From an uncultured Pelagibacteraceae bacterium (lineage in GTDB: Bacteria; Pseudomonadota; Alphaproteobacteria; Pelagibacterales; AG-422-B15), in assembly GCA_902546615.1 (NCBI GenBank), contig CACCKE010000005.1, positions 19-64,018 of the forward strand: 64,000 bases of DNA. Reading direction: 5' to 3'. Position 1 is the stretch's first letter. Each line of letters starts with the position of its first letter. Shown here piece by piece: positions 29,532 to 38,109 of this stretch. Below the pieces are notes generated by a model. The model worked only from the letters and a program-made list of their open reading frames with translations. It made no database searches and was not told the DNA's origin. Made by a program: the position numbers and the translations under genes.

Positions 29532-30659
29532 TTATCTTTTGAAACGCTCTTTTAGAATTTTCAAGATCCTTCTTGAAGCCTTGCCGTCCCCATAAGGATT
29601 TTTTTTCTTCAAAAATTTCTTATAGTATCTCTCACTTTTTAATAATTGGCTAACCTCTTTAATAATTCTATTTTTGTTTGTCCCGACAAGCTTAACCAAG
29701 TTATCTTTAACTGCTTCAACTCTCTCAGTTTCTTCTCTTAGAACTATTATTGGCTTCTTAAATGATGGTGCTTCTTCTTGGATCCCTCCTGAATCAGTCA
29801 TTATAAGATATGATTTTTCCATCAGGTAAACAAAAGAATAGTAGTCAAGTGGTTTTAGTAAATGTATATTTTTTTTCTTAGATAAATATTTGTATCCAGG
29901 TTCTCTTATATTTGGATTTGAATGAATAGGATAAACAATATCTACATTGTCGTTTTTTTTAGCAATGCAAATTAATGCTTCACAAATATTTTTAAATGGA
30001 TTTCCAAAGTTTTCCCTTCTATGTGCAGTAACTAATATTAATTTTCTCTTTGGTGATAAAAAATCAAAATTTGCTTGAAGTGTTTTTTTTAAAGATTTAT
30101 CTTTATTTATTATTTTTTTGGTTAACAATAAAGTATCAATTACTGTATTTCCAGTTACAAAAAGTGACTTCTTATCAAATCCTTCTTCGATTAAATTGTT
30201 TTTTGATAATTTTGTAGGACAAAAATGTATTGATGAAATCGTATCAATTAACCTCCGACTTCCCTCTTCAGGCCATGGAGAAAATAAATTTTTAGTTCTC
30301 AAGCCAGCTTCAACATGTGCCACAGGTATCATCTTATAATAAGATGCAATAGAAGCAGCAAAGCTACTTATTGTATCTCCATGCACTAAAACTAATTCTG
30401 GATTTATTTTTTCAATTATTTTTGTTAATCCATTTATTACTCCTTCAGTAATATAAGAAAGAGATTGATTTTTTTTCATTAGATTAAGATTATAATGAGG
30501 TATAATTTTAAACTTTTTAAAAACGTCGTTCAGCATTTGCCTATGCTGACCAGTTGAACAAATAAACACTTTGAAGAATTTATCTTTTCTTAAGGTCTGT
30601 ATCACACTGACCATTTTAATGGCTTCCGGCCTTGTTCCAATCACAATTAATATTTTCAT
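29532..30659 (-). CDS. wecB: UDP-N-acetylglucosamine 2-epimerase (non-hydrolysing), WecB/WbpI type
   Basis: MKILIVIGTRPEAIKM, VHGDT, HVEAGLRT and DSGGIQEEAPSFKKP. Confidence 0.9.
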   Translation of the reverse strand: MKILIVIGTRPEAIKMVSVIQTLRKDKFFKVFICSTGQHRQMLNDVFKKFKIIPHYNLNLMKKNQSLSYITEGVINGLTKIIEKINPELVLVHGDTISSFAASIASYYKMIPVAHVEAGLRTKNLFSPWPEEGSRRLIDTISSIHFCPTKLSKNNLIEEGFDKKSLFVTGNTVIDTLLLTKKIINKDKSLKKTLQANFDFLSPKRKLILVTAHRRENFGNPFKNICEALICIAKKNDNVDIVYPIHSNPNIREPGYKYLSKKKNIHLLKPLDYYSFVYLMEKSYLIMTDSGGIQEEAPSFKKPIIVLREETERVEAVKDNLVKLVGTNKNRIIKEVSQLLKSERYYKKFLKKKNPYGDGKASRRILKILKERFKR

Positions 30660-30672
30660 ATTTTAATCTTAT

Positions 30673-30686
30673 TAGCTTTAAAGCTA
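30673..30686. repeat. perfect 14-bp palindrome TAGCTTTAAAGCTA
   Basis: Read directly from the sequence; it is its own reverse complement. Confidence 0.9.
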
Positions 30687-30690
30687 CTTG

Positions 30691-30712
30691 TTAATGAAAC
30701 AGTTTTCATTAA
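30691..30712. repeat. inverted repeat with 9-bp arms TTAATGAAA / TTTCATTAA and a 4-nt spacer
   Basis: Read directly from the sequence. It lies 32-53 nt upstream of the wecB-like start codon on the minus strand. Confidence 0.9.
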
Positions 30713-30773
30713 AAACTTCATTATATATAAAAAAGCTACTATAAATTAATTTTTAATATATAAAATAACTCTT

Positions 30774-31331
30774 ATGATTTGGAATGAAGTTATTTGTTTA
30801 GGTGACTCGCTAACCTACGGTGCGAGAGATGAATATGAAAGGTCTTATACGTCTGAGCTGCCGCCAATTTTAGAAAAAATAACAAATGAAATTTGGATTT
30901 GCCATAACTATGGCATAAATGGGGAAACTTCGTCAAATCTTTTAAGACGTTCTTGGAGAAATGTTTCTTCTCACCCTCAAGCTAAAATAGTTTGCTTAAT
31001 GATTGGAACTAATGATACTAAACTTCCAACACCTAGTGAAATATATAGAGATAATCTCAGACAAATAATAAATATATGTAAAATACAAAAAAAATTTGTA
31101 ATTCTTGGAACTTTACCAACACTAAAATTAAATCCAAACTATAGACACAATCTAGAGTATATTGATATATATAACACTATTGTTAGGGAATTAGTAAAAG
31201 AAAATAAAATTGAAATTTGTGAATTTGATAACTTAGAGTCATATTTAGTTGATGGTGTTCATTTTGGGAATGAAGGGTATAAAAAAATTGCTGAAATATG
31301 GTCAAAATCAATTTTGAAACTTCAAGAATAG
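30774..31331 (+). CDS. SGNH/GDSL-family hydrolase (possible glycan O-acetyl esterase/transferase)
   Basis: Block I ICLGDSLTYG, block III MIGTNDT and block V DGVHF. Confidence 0.75.
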   Translation: MIWNEVICLGDSLTYGARDEYERSYTSELPPILEKITNEIWICHNYGINGETSSNLLRRSWRNVSSHPQAKIVCLMIGTNDTKLPTPSEIYRDNLRQIINICKIQKKFVILGTLPTLKLNPNYRHNLEYIDIYNTIVRELVKENKIEICEFDNLESYLVDGVHFGNEGYKKIAEIWSKSILKLQE

Positions 31332-32074
31332 CAATAATAGGATCTACGATCCTTACTAAATCTCTCATATCTTATCTTCAAAATGTAAACAATCCAAAGA
31401 TTTTAATGGCTCTTCCTAAAGAAGAAATTAAGATCAAGGCTAATGGCGTTTCATTAGAACGTTTATGTAATAATCTTAAAATTAAATATATAGAAAATAA
31501 TTCATGGGATTATTTTGGAAAAGAATGTATTGCAAAAAAAATAAATCTAATTATCGAATTTGGAGATAGTAGAATAATACCTTCGAAAATTATTAAAAAT
31601 TTTTTTACTATTGGTAATCATGGTGCTTCTTTGCCTACAGTTAAAGGTGGGGCTTCTTTAGTTTGGGGAAGATTGGCAAATCTAAATGAATGGGGAGTAT
31701 CACTGATGAATATATCTAATGGCATAGATAATGGTGACATTATTGCAAAGAAAAAATTTATTTACTCAGATAACACTACAATGTCAGAATTTGTACAAAT
31801 CGCTGATAGAACGACATTAGAATGTCTTGAAGAATTAGTTATTGCTGGCACATATAATCCTATCAAAAATAGTTACGATAGTGAAATTAGAATTGAAAAG
31901 CATTACGACTCATTTCTGGCAGTAAAGAAAATGAAAGATTGCATAAACCAAGGGAAAACAATTTATATGCCACCCAGGACAATAAAAGACTCAAAAATTA
32001 ATTATGACTGGCCTGGAGAATTTATAGAGATTTTTAAAATCGCTAATAATGATCCTTATCCAAAATTTTACTAA
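31298..32074 (+). CDS. formyltransferase-fold protein (divergent)
   Basis: RIAIIGST N-terminus. GNHGASLPTVKGGASLVWGRL...GVSLMNISNGIDNGDII aligns with the H-x-S-L-L-P-x-x-R-G / D-x-G motif region of formyltransferases. 34-nt overlap with the SGNH gene. Confidence 0.55.
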   Translation: MVKINFETSRIAIIGSTILTKSLISYLQNVNNPKILMALPKEEIKIKANGVSLERLCNNLKIKYIENNSWDYFGKECIAKKINLIIEFGDSRIIPSKIIKNFFTIGNHGASLPTVKGGASLVWGRLANLNEWGVSLMNISNGIDNGDIIAKKKFIYSDNTTMSEFVQIADRTTLECLEELVIAGTYNPIKNSYDSEIRIEKHYDSFLAVKKMKDCINQGKTIYMPPRTIKDSKINYDWPGEFIEIFKIANNDPYPKFY

Positions 32075-32889
32075 AACAATTTAATTAGATTTGGATTTTT
32101 CATGATTTTCTTGTTGTATAGATAATAATCAACTATTTTGTTGTCAAATTCATTATAAATAAGGCGCAGGTGCTCTGGCCTAAAATCAGATGTAAGATAA
32201 TTTTTACCTGAGCTTTTTTGCTTATTAAATAGCAATTCTCTACCTTCTAAGGCATAGTTTATAATTTTATTTAATTCCATTTTAGCTTTCACAACAGTAT
32301 TTACTCCTACGTCATGTATTTTTTGACCTTTAGTAAGACTGGGCACACATTGATGCAATATATCTCCTGCATCTGGTTCATTCAAAATCTTATGAAAAGT
32401 TGCACCAGCAAATTGAGGTTCCAAATTATAAAAAGGCCAAAACAAAGTTGCCGAACCTCTATACCAAGGTGATAAACCAAGATGTAAATTTATAGTATTT
32501 TCTGGAAGTATGCTTGAAACAGGATTTTTTATGATATTTGTTCCAAAAATAAAAACAAAATCTGGGGAAAAGTTCTCAACAAAAACTTTCACACTTTCGG
32601 AATTTAATAACTCGGAGTCACATTCTAATATTTGACATTTATTAAATATTTTTTTTATTTGGTCATTGGAGTTAAATAAACCAAATTCATCTTCTTCCCT
32701 TATTGCTCTTTCAAAAAAATGCTTTTCAAAAATTTTTCTATCATTTTCTATTAGATTATTCGGTATTTTTGGTGTTAAATCTTCTCTTTTCATTAAAATA
32801 AGAGAAATTTCAAAATCATATTCAAGAAATAATTTATTAACATATATGTGTCTTGGATGATTACCAGAAAATATTAAAATTTTTTTCAT
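32071..32889 (-). CDS. formyltransferase family protein
   Basis: MKKILIFSG, INLHLGLSPWYRGSATLFWP and NEPDAGDIL (Formyl_trans_N motifs). Its stop codon overlaps the stop of the convergent gene (CTAA). Confidence 0.7.
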   Translation of the reverse strand: MKKILIFSGNHPRHIYVNKLFLEYDFEISLILMKREDLTPKIPNNLIENDRKIFEKHFFERAIREEDEFGLFNSNDQIKKIFNKCQILECDSELLNSESVKVFVENFSPDFVFIFGTNIIKNPVSSILPENTINLHLGLSPWYRGSATLFWPFYNLEPQFAGATFHKILNEPDAGDILHQCVPSLTKGQKIHDVGVNTVVKAKMELNKIINYALEGRELLFNKQKSSGKNYLTSDFRPEHLRLIYNEFDNKIVDYYLYNKKIMKNPNLIKLF

Positions 32890-32890
32890 T

Positions 32891-34192
32891 TTATATTTTT
32901 TTTAAAATATTCTTATTGACAAGAACTTTCAAAATCTTGTCGAGATTAGATTTTTTTATTCTAATTTTATCTAAAACTTCATCAATGCTTGTCTTTCCAT
33001 CACATAAAAAAATAAGCCATAAAATTATATCTAAAGATGAGTGCTTTCCTAAGGTTGGTTTAATTTTACCACCTACTTTTGGATAAAGATCATGTTTAGA
33101 TAACATTGGTTCGCAATATTTATTATTCAAGGAGTAAATTTCTAATCTTTCTAAATTATCAATAATCTTTTTATAAATCTTAAGACTTTTAAAAATATAT
33201 TCTGTTTTAATAAAGTTAAGATTATCCAAAGAAGTATGGTATTCCTTATAATCATAATACTTCGATTTAGATATACTAATTGTATTAATTCTAAATCCTT
33301 GTGATGAATACTGTCTCTCATCACTTCCATGTATATCGAATGGATAAGTTAAATAATTTTTTGATTCACTACTTAATACTTTTTTAGCTATTTGATTGAT
33401 ATAATGTTTGTTATTCCAACTTTCTTTTAAACTATATTTTCCTCTGCCTGCTACTGTAGTTACAACTAATCCAATATCAATATTTTTCATCTTTATTTGA
33501 TTTTTTTTACAGTAAGCAATGGCACCTATAGTTTCTGGTATGAATATAATTCTATAGCTATTAACTCTATTTCTGATTTTAAGAATTTCATTAGCCAATA
33601 AAACAGTCATTACAACACCACTCAGATTATCATTGGCCATAGAGGGATGGCAGATATACGTTGAAATCAAGATTTCTTTTTTTCTTTTACCTTTTAAAAT
33701 TAATTCACCATAATGCATATACCCTTTTGGGTTAAACTGACTTTTAATAAATACTTCGAGCTTATTTTTTGAACTCTCTAAATATTTATACTGGTGCCGA
33801 TTAACACAGAAGCCCCAAGTTTTTCTATAATAACTTGTTCGATAAGGTATCGATTTACTATTTTCATGGTCATAAAAAATATGTTTTTTAAGTTCTTTAA
33901 AACTAATAAATTTATGGATAGACTTGCTATAACTAACAAGATGTAAGTTATTAATTTTAAAATCTACTATTTTTTTTCCAGACGAATCTTTTATCCAAGC
34001 TTCTGATGCATTCCACTCATCTGGAACCTTCCAATCATAAACCTTTGTTCCTGATTTAAATTTTTTCACCTTTAAGGGTATGAACTCTTTTAGCGCAGAT
34101 AGAGTCTCTAGATTACCTTTACCTGTAATGCTTCTATTTATTGGAAAAAGGAATTTCAGTAATTCATTAACTTTTTTTTTAGAAATACTCAT
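32891..34192 (-). CDS. aminopeptidase-like (M28-fold) domain protein with C-terminal winged-helix-like tail, of the type found in polysaccharide loci
   Basis: 433 aa. CHPSMANDNLSGV and FIPETIGA resemble M28-like metal-site segments. The C-terminal LWLIFLCDGKTSIDEVLDKI...LVNKNILKKI looks wHTH-like. Family assignment is from memory (DUF4910/DUF2172-type). Confidence 0.55.
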   Translation of the reverse strand: MSISKKKVNELLKFLFPINRSITGKGNLETLSALKEFIPLKVKKFKSGTKVYDWKVPDEWNASEAWIKDSSGKKIVDFKINNLHLVSYSKSIHKFISFKELKKHIFYDHENSKSIPYRTSYYRKTWGFCVNRHQYKYLESSKNKLEVFIKSQFNPKGYMHYGELILKGKRKKEILISTYICHPSMANDNLSGVVMTVLLANEILKIRNRVNSYRIIFIPETIGAIAYCKKNQIKMKNIDIGLVVTTVAGRGKYSLKESWNNKHYINQIAKKVLSSESKNYLTYPFDIHGSDERQYSSQGFRINTISISKSKYYDYKEYHTSLDNLNFIKTEYIFKSLKIYKKIIDNLERLEIYSLNNKYCEPMLSKHDLYPKVGGKIKPTLGKHSSLDIILWLIFLCDGKTSIDEVLDKIRIKKSNLDKILKVLVNKNILKKI

Positions 34193-35256
34193 ATCAAATC
34201 TTTTTGATCGATCAATTCATCTTCAATTGCATTTTTTTTTAATTTTTTGCCTATGATTGAGTCTAATTCTTTTGGACCTATTCCTGTTCCTGGTCTTTTA
34301 GCAATAATGTCATTTTTCGTCAGAACACCTCCTTTATTAATGTTCTTATTATAATATAAACTCCTTCGAGCATTTGTTCTTGGAATCTCTTCTTCCTTAA
34401 TAGATTCTTTTTCAAAAGAACCTAAGCTCTCTAATAGCAAATCAAGTTTTTTTTGAAGTAAATATAAATCATCTCTATCCATAGCATGATAATGATCATT
34501 TCCAGGTAAAGTTTTGTCGTGTGTAAAGTGTTTTTCAATAACCTTAGCACCAAGAAGAGTGGCTGTTATGATATTTTCCATTTGACTTGGTAATGTATGA
34601 TCTGAATATCCTATTAAATTTTTAGGAAATTTATTTTGTAAATCTTTAATCATTCCAAGATTTGCATTTTTAATTTCAGTAGGATAATTAAGTATACAAT
34701 GCATGATTGAGAATTTAATTTTAAATTTACCGATCCAACCAGCTGCCTCTGTAATTTCATCAACATTTGAAGCACCTGTCGATATTAAAATAGGCTTTTT
34801 AAAACTACAAATATATTCAATGAATGGTTTATTAGTTATATCTGATGAGGATATTTTATAAACTTCCATCAGGTCATTTAAGAATTTAGCTGACTCAAAA
34901 TCAAAAGGTGTACTTAAAAATTCAATTTTAAAATCTTCGCACACTTTTTTTAATATTTCAAATTCGCTTTTCCAGAATTTATCATATTTACTAAATAACT
35001 CATGCTGGCTTTTAATTTTTTCTTTTGATGTATCCCAATATGATGGTGAATTTTTTGATGCTATCGTATCAGCTTTATATGTTTGAAATTTTATTGCATT
35101 AGCTCCAGCATTTGCAGCATCCTCAATTAATTTTTTAGCAAGATCAATATTACATTCATGATTTACCCCAGCTTCCGCAATAATGAAGGGTCTTTGAATT
35201 TGCTCATAATGTGAATTTTTAAAATTTTTAATTAAACTTGAGAGTTCACTTTTCAT
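34189..35256 (-). CDS. nonulosonic-acid synthase, NeuB family (PseI/SpsE-like) with SAF domain
   Basis: FIIAEAGVNHECNIDLAKKLIEDAANAGANAIKFQTY, GYSDHT, and the C-terminal SAF-like RRSLYYNKNINKGGVLTKNDIIAKRPGTGI. Confidence 0.85.
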   Translation of the reverse strand: MKSELSSLIKNFKNSHYEQIQRPFIIAEAGVNHECNIDLAKKLIEDAANAGANAIKFQTYKADTIASKNSPSYWDTSKEKIKSQHELFSKYDKFWKSEFEILKKVCEDFKIEFLSTPFDFESAKFLNDLMEVYKISSSDITNKPFIEYICSFKKPILISTGASNVDEITEAAGWIGKFKIKFSIMHCILNYPTEIKNANLGMIKDLQNKFPKNLIGYSDHTLPSQMENIITATLLGAKVIEKHFTHDKTLPGNDHYHAMDRDDLYLLQKKLDLLLESLGSFEKESIKEEEIPRTNARRSLYYNKNINKGGVLTKNDIIAKRPGTGIGPKELDSIIGKKLKKNAIEDELIDQKDLI

Positions 35257-35931
35257 CTATCTAAATTCCTCAACAATCATTTTGCCATCCATATCTATAT
35301 CAACTTTATGCTTAGATATTTCATTATAGTCTTTGATAGTATCAATATCTAGCTTTAGATTTGAACAAGCAATCTCATTGTCGGGGTCAAAAGTTTTTAT
35401 AGTATATTTTGTTTTATTATTCTTTACGTAATTAAATATATGTTCTTTTTCATCATCATTAAGATTTTTCTCAACCAGTTGTGATATAAGTTTTGATTTA
35501 CAAATTTCTGCACCTAACCCATCAGGATAATTATTTTTATGTGGTATGTTGTTAAATGCTAAATCACATTCATTATTACAAAAATAATTAATTAGTTTAT
35601 CTATCTCTTTATGACATATAAATGGATTATCGGCACAAACTCTTATAACGTTATCACAAGGAAATAATTTAATTGCATCATAAAATCTCTTTACAAGATT
35701 TTTCTCACTACCTCTAAATATTTCAACATCTAGAGACTGAAGATAATCATACAGCGGATCATTTTCAGAAGTATCAGGTATAACAAAAATTAATTTATTA
35801 AAATTACTTGTTTTTTTTACTCTATAATAAACCCAATAAATTACTGGTTTGTTATTTATCATTAGCATTAGTTTATTTTTTAATCTTTTGGAGTTTAATC
35901 TCGCTTGAATAAAAATATTATTGATACTCAT
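35257..35931 (-). CDS. cytidylyltransferase, SpsF/PseF-like (CMP-sugar forming)
   Basis: IFIQARLNSKRLKNK N-terminus (the R-x-x-S-x-R-L-x-x-K motif of the CTP_transf_3 family), 224 aa. Confidence 0.65.
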   Translation of the reverse strand: MSINNIFIQARLNSKRLKNKLMLMINNKPVIYWVYYRVKKTSNFNKLIFVIPDTSENDPLYDYLQSLDVEIFRGSEKNLVKRFYDAIKLFPCDNVIRVCADNPFICHKEIDKLINYFCNNECDLAFNNIPHKNNYPDGLGAEICKSKLISQLVEKNLNDDEKEHIFNYVKNNKTKYTIKTFDPDNEIACSNLKLDIDTIKDYNEISKHKVDIDMDGKMIVEEFR

Positions 35932-36925
35932 TGCACAAATTTGATATTAACTTAACAACCCTTTTTCTATTATTAAACTTTATCTTTTGAAGTTTCCTAT
36001 ATAGTTTTAACCTAAAATCTTTTTTCTGGACTAAATTTGTAAAACTTTTAAATAATAATTTTTTTGTTTTAGTTTTATCATACTTACCAATTGAAATTAC
36101 TCCATTCTTAGGATTACTAAAATTGTGAGTGAGTTCCCTAGTATGCTGTGATATTACAATCGAAGGGATATTCAGATGTGCTAATTCGTGAACAGTCCTG
36201 CCATTAGAGCATATAGCAATATCAGATTTTAACATATATTTTGAAATTACATTTGTACTGTGAGTAAGGGATATATTCTTCATATTCTTTTTTAAGATCA
36301 TATTTTGTAGTTCAGAATATTTGCGATAACCTGGCCCGGTTACTATATTTATGAAAATATTTGCCACATTACAATAATCATAGATATGTTCGAGAGTCTT
36401 TCTAGTTATACTTTTATTGTCTGTGCCACCAAAAGTAATTAATACACTTTTTACTTTCTTAGGAAAGTTTTTAGGCTTTATATTAAAAAATTCTTCTCTC
36501 AAAAGTGCATATTTGTGCCCCCAAACAATATTATTATATTTGAGTATTGGATTTTCATAAAGTTCATTAATTACTAAATCGGCATACTTAATACCTTTAC
36601 CAAGATCTTCAAAATTTATTACATTAATATTGTTTTGTTTTAAAGGATATACATCTGACTTACTTGTATTAAGTATGTCATTAATAACTAAATCAGGTTT
36701 TTGCTTAACTATATTTTTTATTATATTGATTCTACTTGAAATCGTACATTTTAAATTTTTTTTCAATAAGATTTTATACGCTAAAATATTTTGGTTATCA
36801 GTTATAAATTTGATATTAAAGTTGAAGTTTTTAAGTTCCTTTAAAATTGATAGTCCTCTATATACATGGCCAAGTCCTACAGTCTTATTGCCAATGACCC
36901 TAAAAATAATTAATTTTTTTTTCAT
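35918..36925 (-). CDS. PseG/SpsG-like UDP-sugar hydrolase (GT28-related fold)
   Basis: FRVIGNKTVGLGHVYRGLSILKEL matches the R-x-D...G-x-GH-x-x-R motif of PseG/SpsG. 14-nt overlap with the downstream cytidylyltransferase gene. Confidence 0.65.
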   Translation of the reverse strand: MKKKLIIFRVIGNKTVGLGHVYRGLSILKELKNFNFNIKFITDNQNILAYKILLKKNLKCTISSRINIIKNIVKQKPDLVINDILNTSKSDVYPLKQNNINVINFEDLGKGIKYADLVINELYENPILKYNNIVWGHKYALLREEFFNIKPKNFPKKVKSVLITFGGTDNKSITRKTLEHIYDYCNVANIFINIVTGPGYRKYSELQNMILKKNMKNISLTHSTNVISKYMLKSDIAICSNGRTVHELAHLNIPSIVISQHTRELTHNFSNPKNGVISIGKYDKTKTKKLLFKSFTNLVQKKDFRLKLYRKLQKIKFNNRKRVVKLISNLCNEYQ

Positions 36926-36933
36926 TAATTATT

Positions 36934-38109
36934 TTATATTTTTTTTAGTATTTTTTTTGTAGATGAAAGAATTTGATCAATTTCATTATCTGTTAATCTA
37001 TGATGAAATGGAAAGGAAACCATTCTATCAAAGAAATAATCAGCATTCTGGCATGAAGAATCAGAATATCCGAGTTTTCTATAAAAATCATATCGATTTA
37101 ATGGCAAGTATTGGACTGCGCATTGTATTCCTTCTTCATTAGCCATTAATTCTATAAACCTATCTCTTACTTCATGATTGTTAAAATATGCTGCTAAAAG
37201 ATGATAATTGTGTTGCAAACTATCTACTTTGTGAAAATTTAAAATATCAAATTCTTTTAATTCCTCAATAAATCTAATAGCACGTCTTCTTTTACTACTA
37301 TTTATATCATAAACCCTGTCTAATAAAATTGAGCCTAAAGCACACTGAACTTCAGTTATACAGTAATTGTTAGGAAAAAACATTTCATTATTAATAACAC
37401 TTATATCAAGATTTCCCATCGCGGGTTTCCAATATTCGTTACGTGAATAATCAAAGTCACAATGTCCATTATGCCTTAGCTTTGGTATTTCTTTTGAGAT
37501 TTCTTCATTATCTACAATTAACATTCCTCCTTCACCCAAGGTAGTAATATTTTTATGTGAATGAAAAGAAAAAATACTAAAGTCTCCAAACGTACCAACT
37601 TTATCATCTCCTATACTTGTTCCAATAGCTTGAGCGGCATCTTCAATTAAAAGTACATTCTTTGTATTTAAAATTTCTTTTAATGTCCTTACATCTTTAA
37701 AATACCCATATAAATGTGGAACTACAACAGCTTTGGTATTTTTAGTTAATTTATTTATAATAGATTCGTCACTTACTACTCTTGTATCAAGGTCAATATC
37801 AGCCCATACAATTTTGGCACCATTTTTAATGAATGGGTAACAACTAGATGTATAAGTGTGGGTTGGAATTATTACCTCGTCGTTTTTTTTAAAATTACAT
37901 AGTTGAGCAGTAAGTTCTAATGCAGATGTTGCACTATTTACAGCAAAGGCATTTTTTTTGCCAATGAAATTTTCAAACTTATTTTCAAACTCAGTAATTT
38001 TATTTCCCATCGTTAAAATATTTAAACTTGTTATTGTATCTTTAATTACTAGCATCTCTTCTTCAGTATAATCAATACTTTTACTAGAAAATGGAATACG
38101 ATATTTCAT
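36934..38109 (-). CDS. PLP-dependent sugar aminotransferase, DegT family (SpsC/PseC-like)
   Basis: NSATSALELT and the lysine motif FSFHSHKNITTLGEGG. Confidence 0.8.
   Translation of the reverse strand: MKYRIPFSSKSIDYTEEEMLVIKDTITSLNILTMGNKITEFENKFENFIGKKNAFAVNSATSALELTAQLCNFKKNDEVIIPTHTYTSSCYPFIKNGAKIVWADIDLDTRVVSDESIINKLTKNTKAVVVPHLYGYFKDVRTLKEILNTKNVLLIEDAAQAIGTSIGDDKVGTFGDFSIFSFHSHKNITTLGEGGMLIVDNEEISKEIPKLRHNGHCDFDYSRNEYWKPAMGNLDISVINNEMFFPNNYCITEVQCALGSILLDRVYDINSSKRRRAIRFIEELKEFDILNFHKVDSLQHNYHLLAAYFNNHEVRDRFIELMANEEGIQCAVQYLPLNRYDFYRKLGYSDSSCQNADYFFDRMVSFPFHHRLTDNEIDQILSSTKKILKKI

Larger units (their letters stand above)
30660..30773. promoter_or_regulatory. divergent intergenic region carrying two palindromes and a 9-bp direct repeat; candidate operator/promoter region
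   Basis: At 114 nt this is the largest truly non-coding gap in the window. AAAGCTACT occurs at 30680..30688 and again at 30732..30740, 52 bp apart. The palindromes are listed as separate features. Confidence 0.4.
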
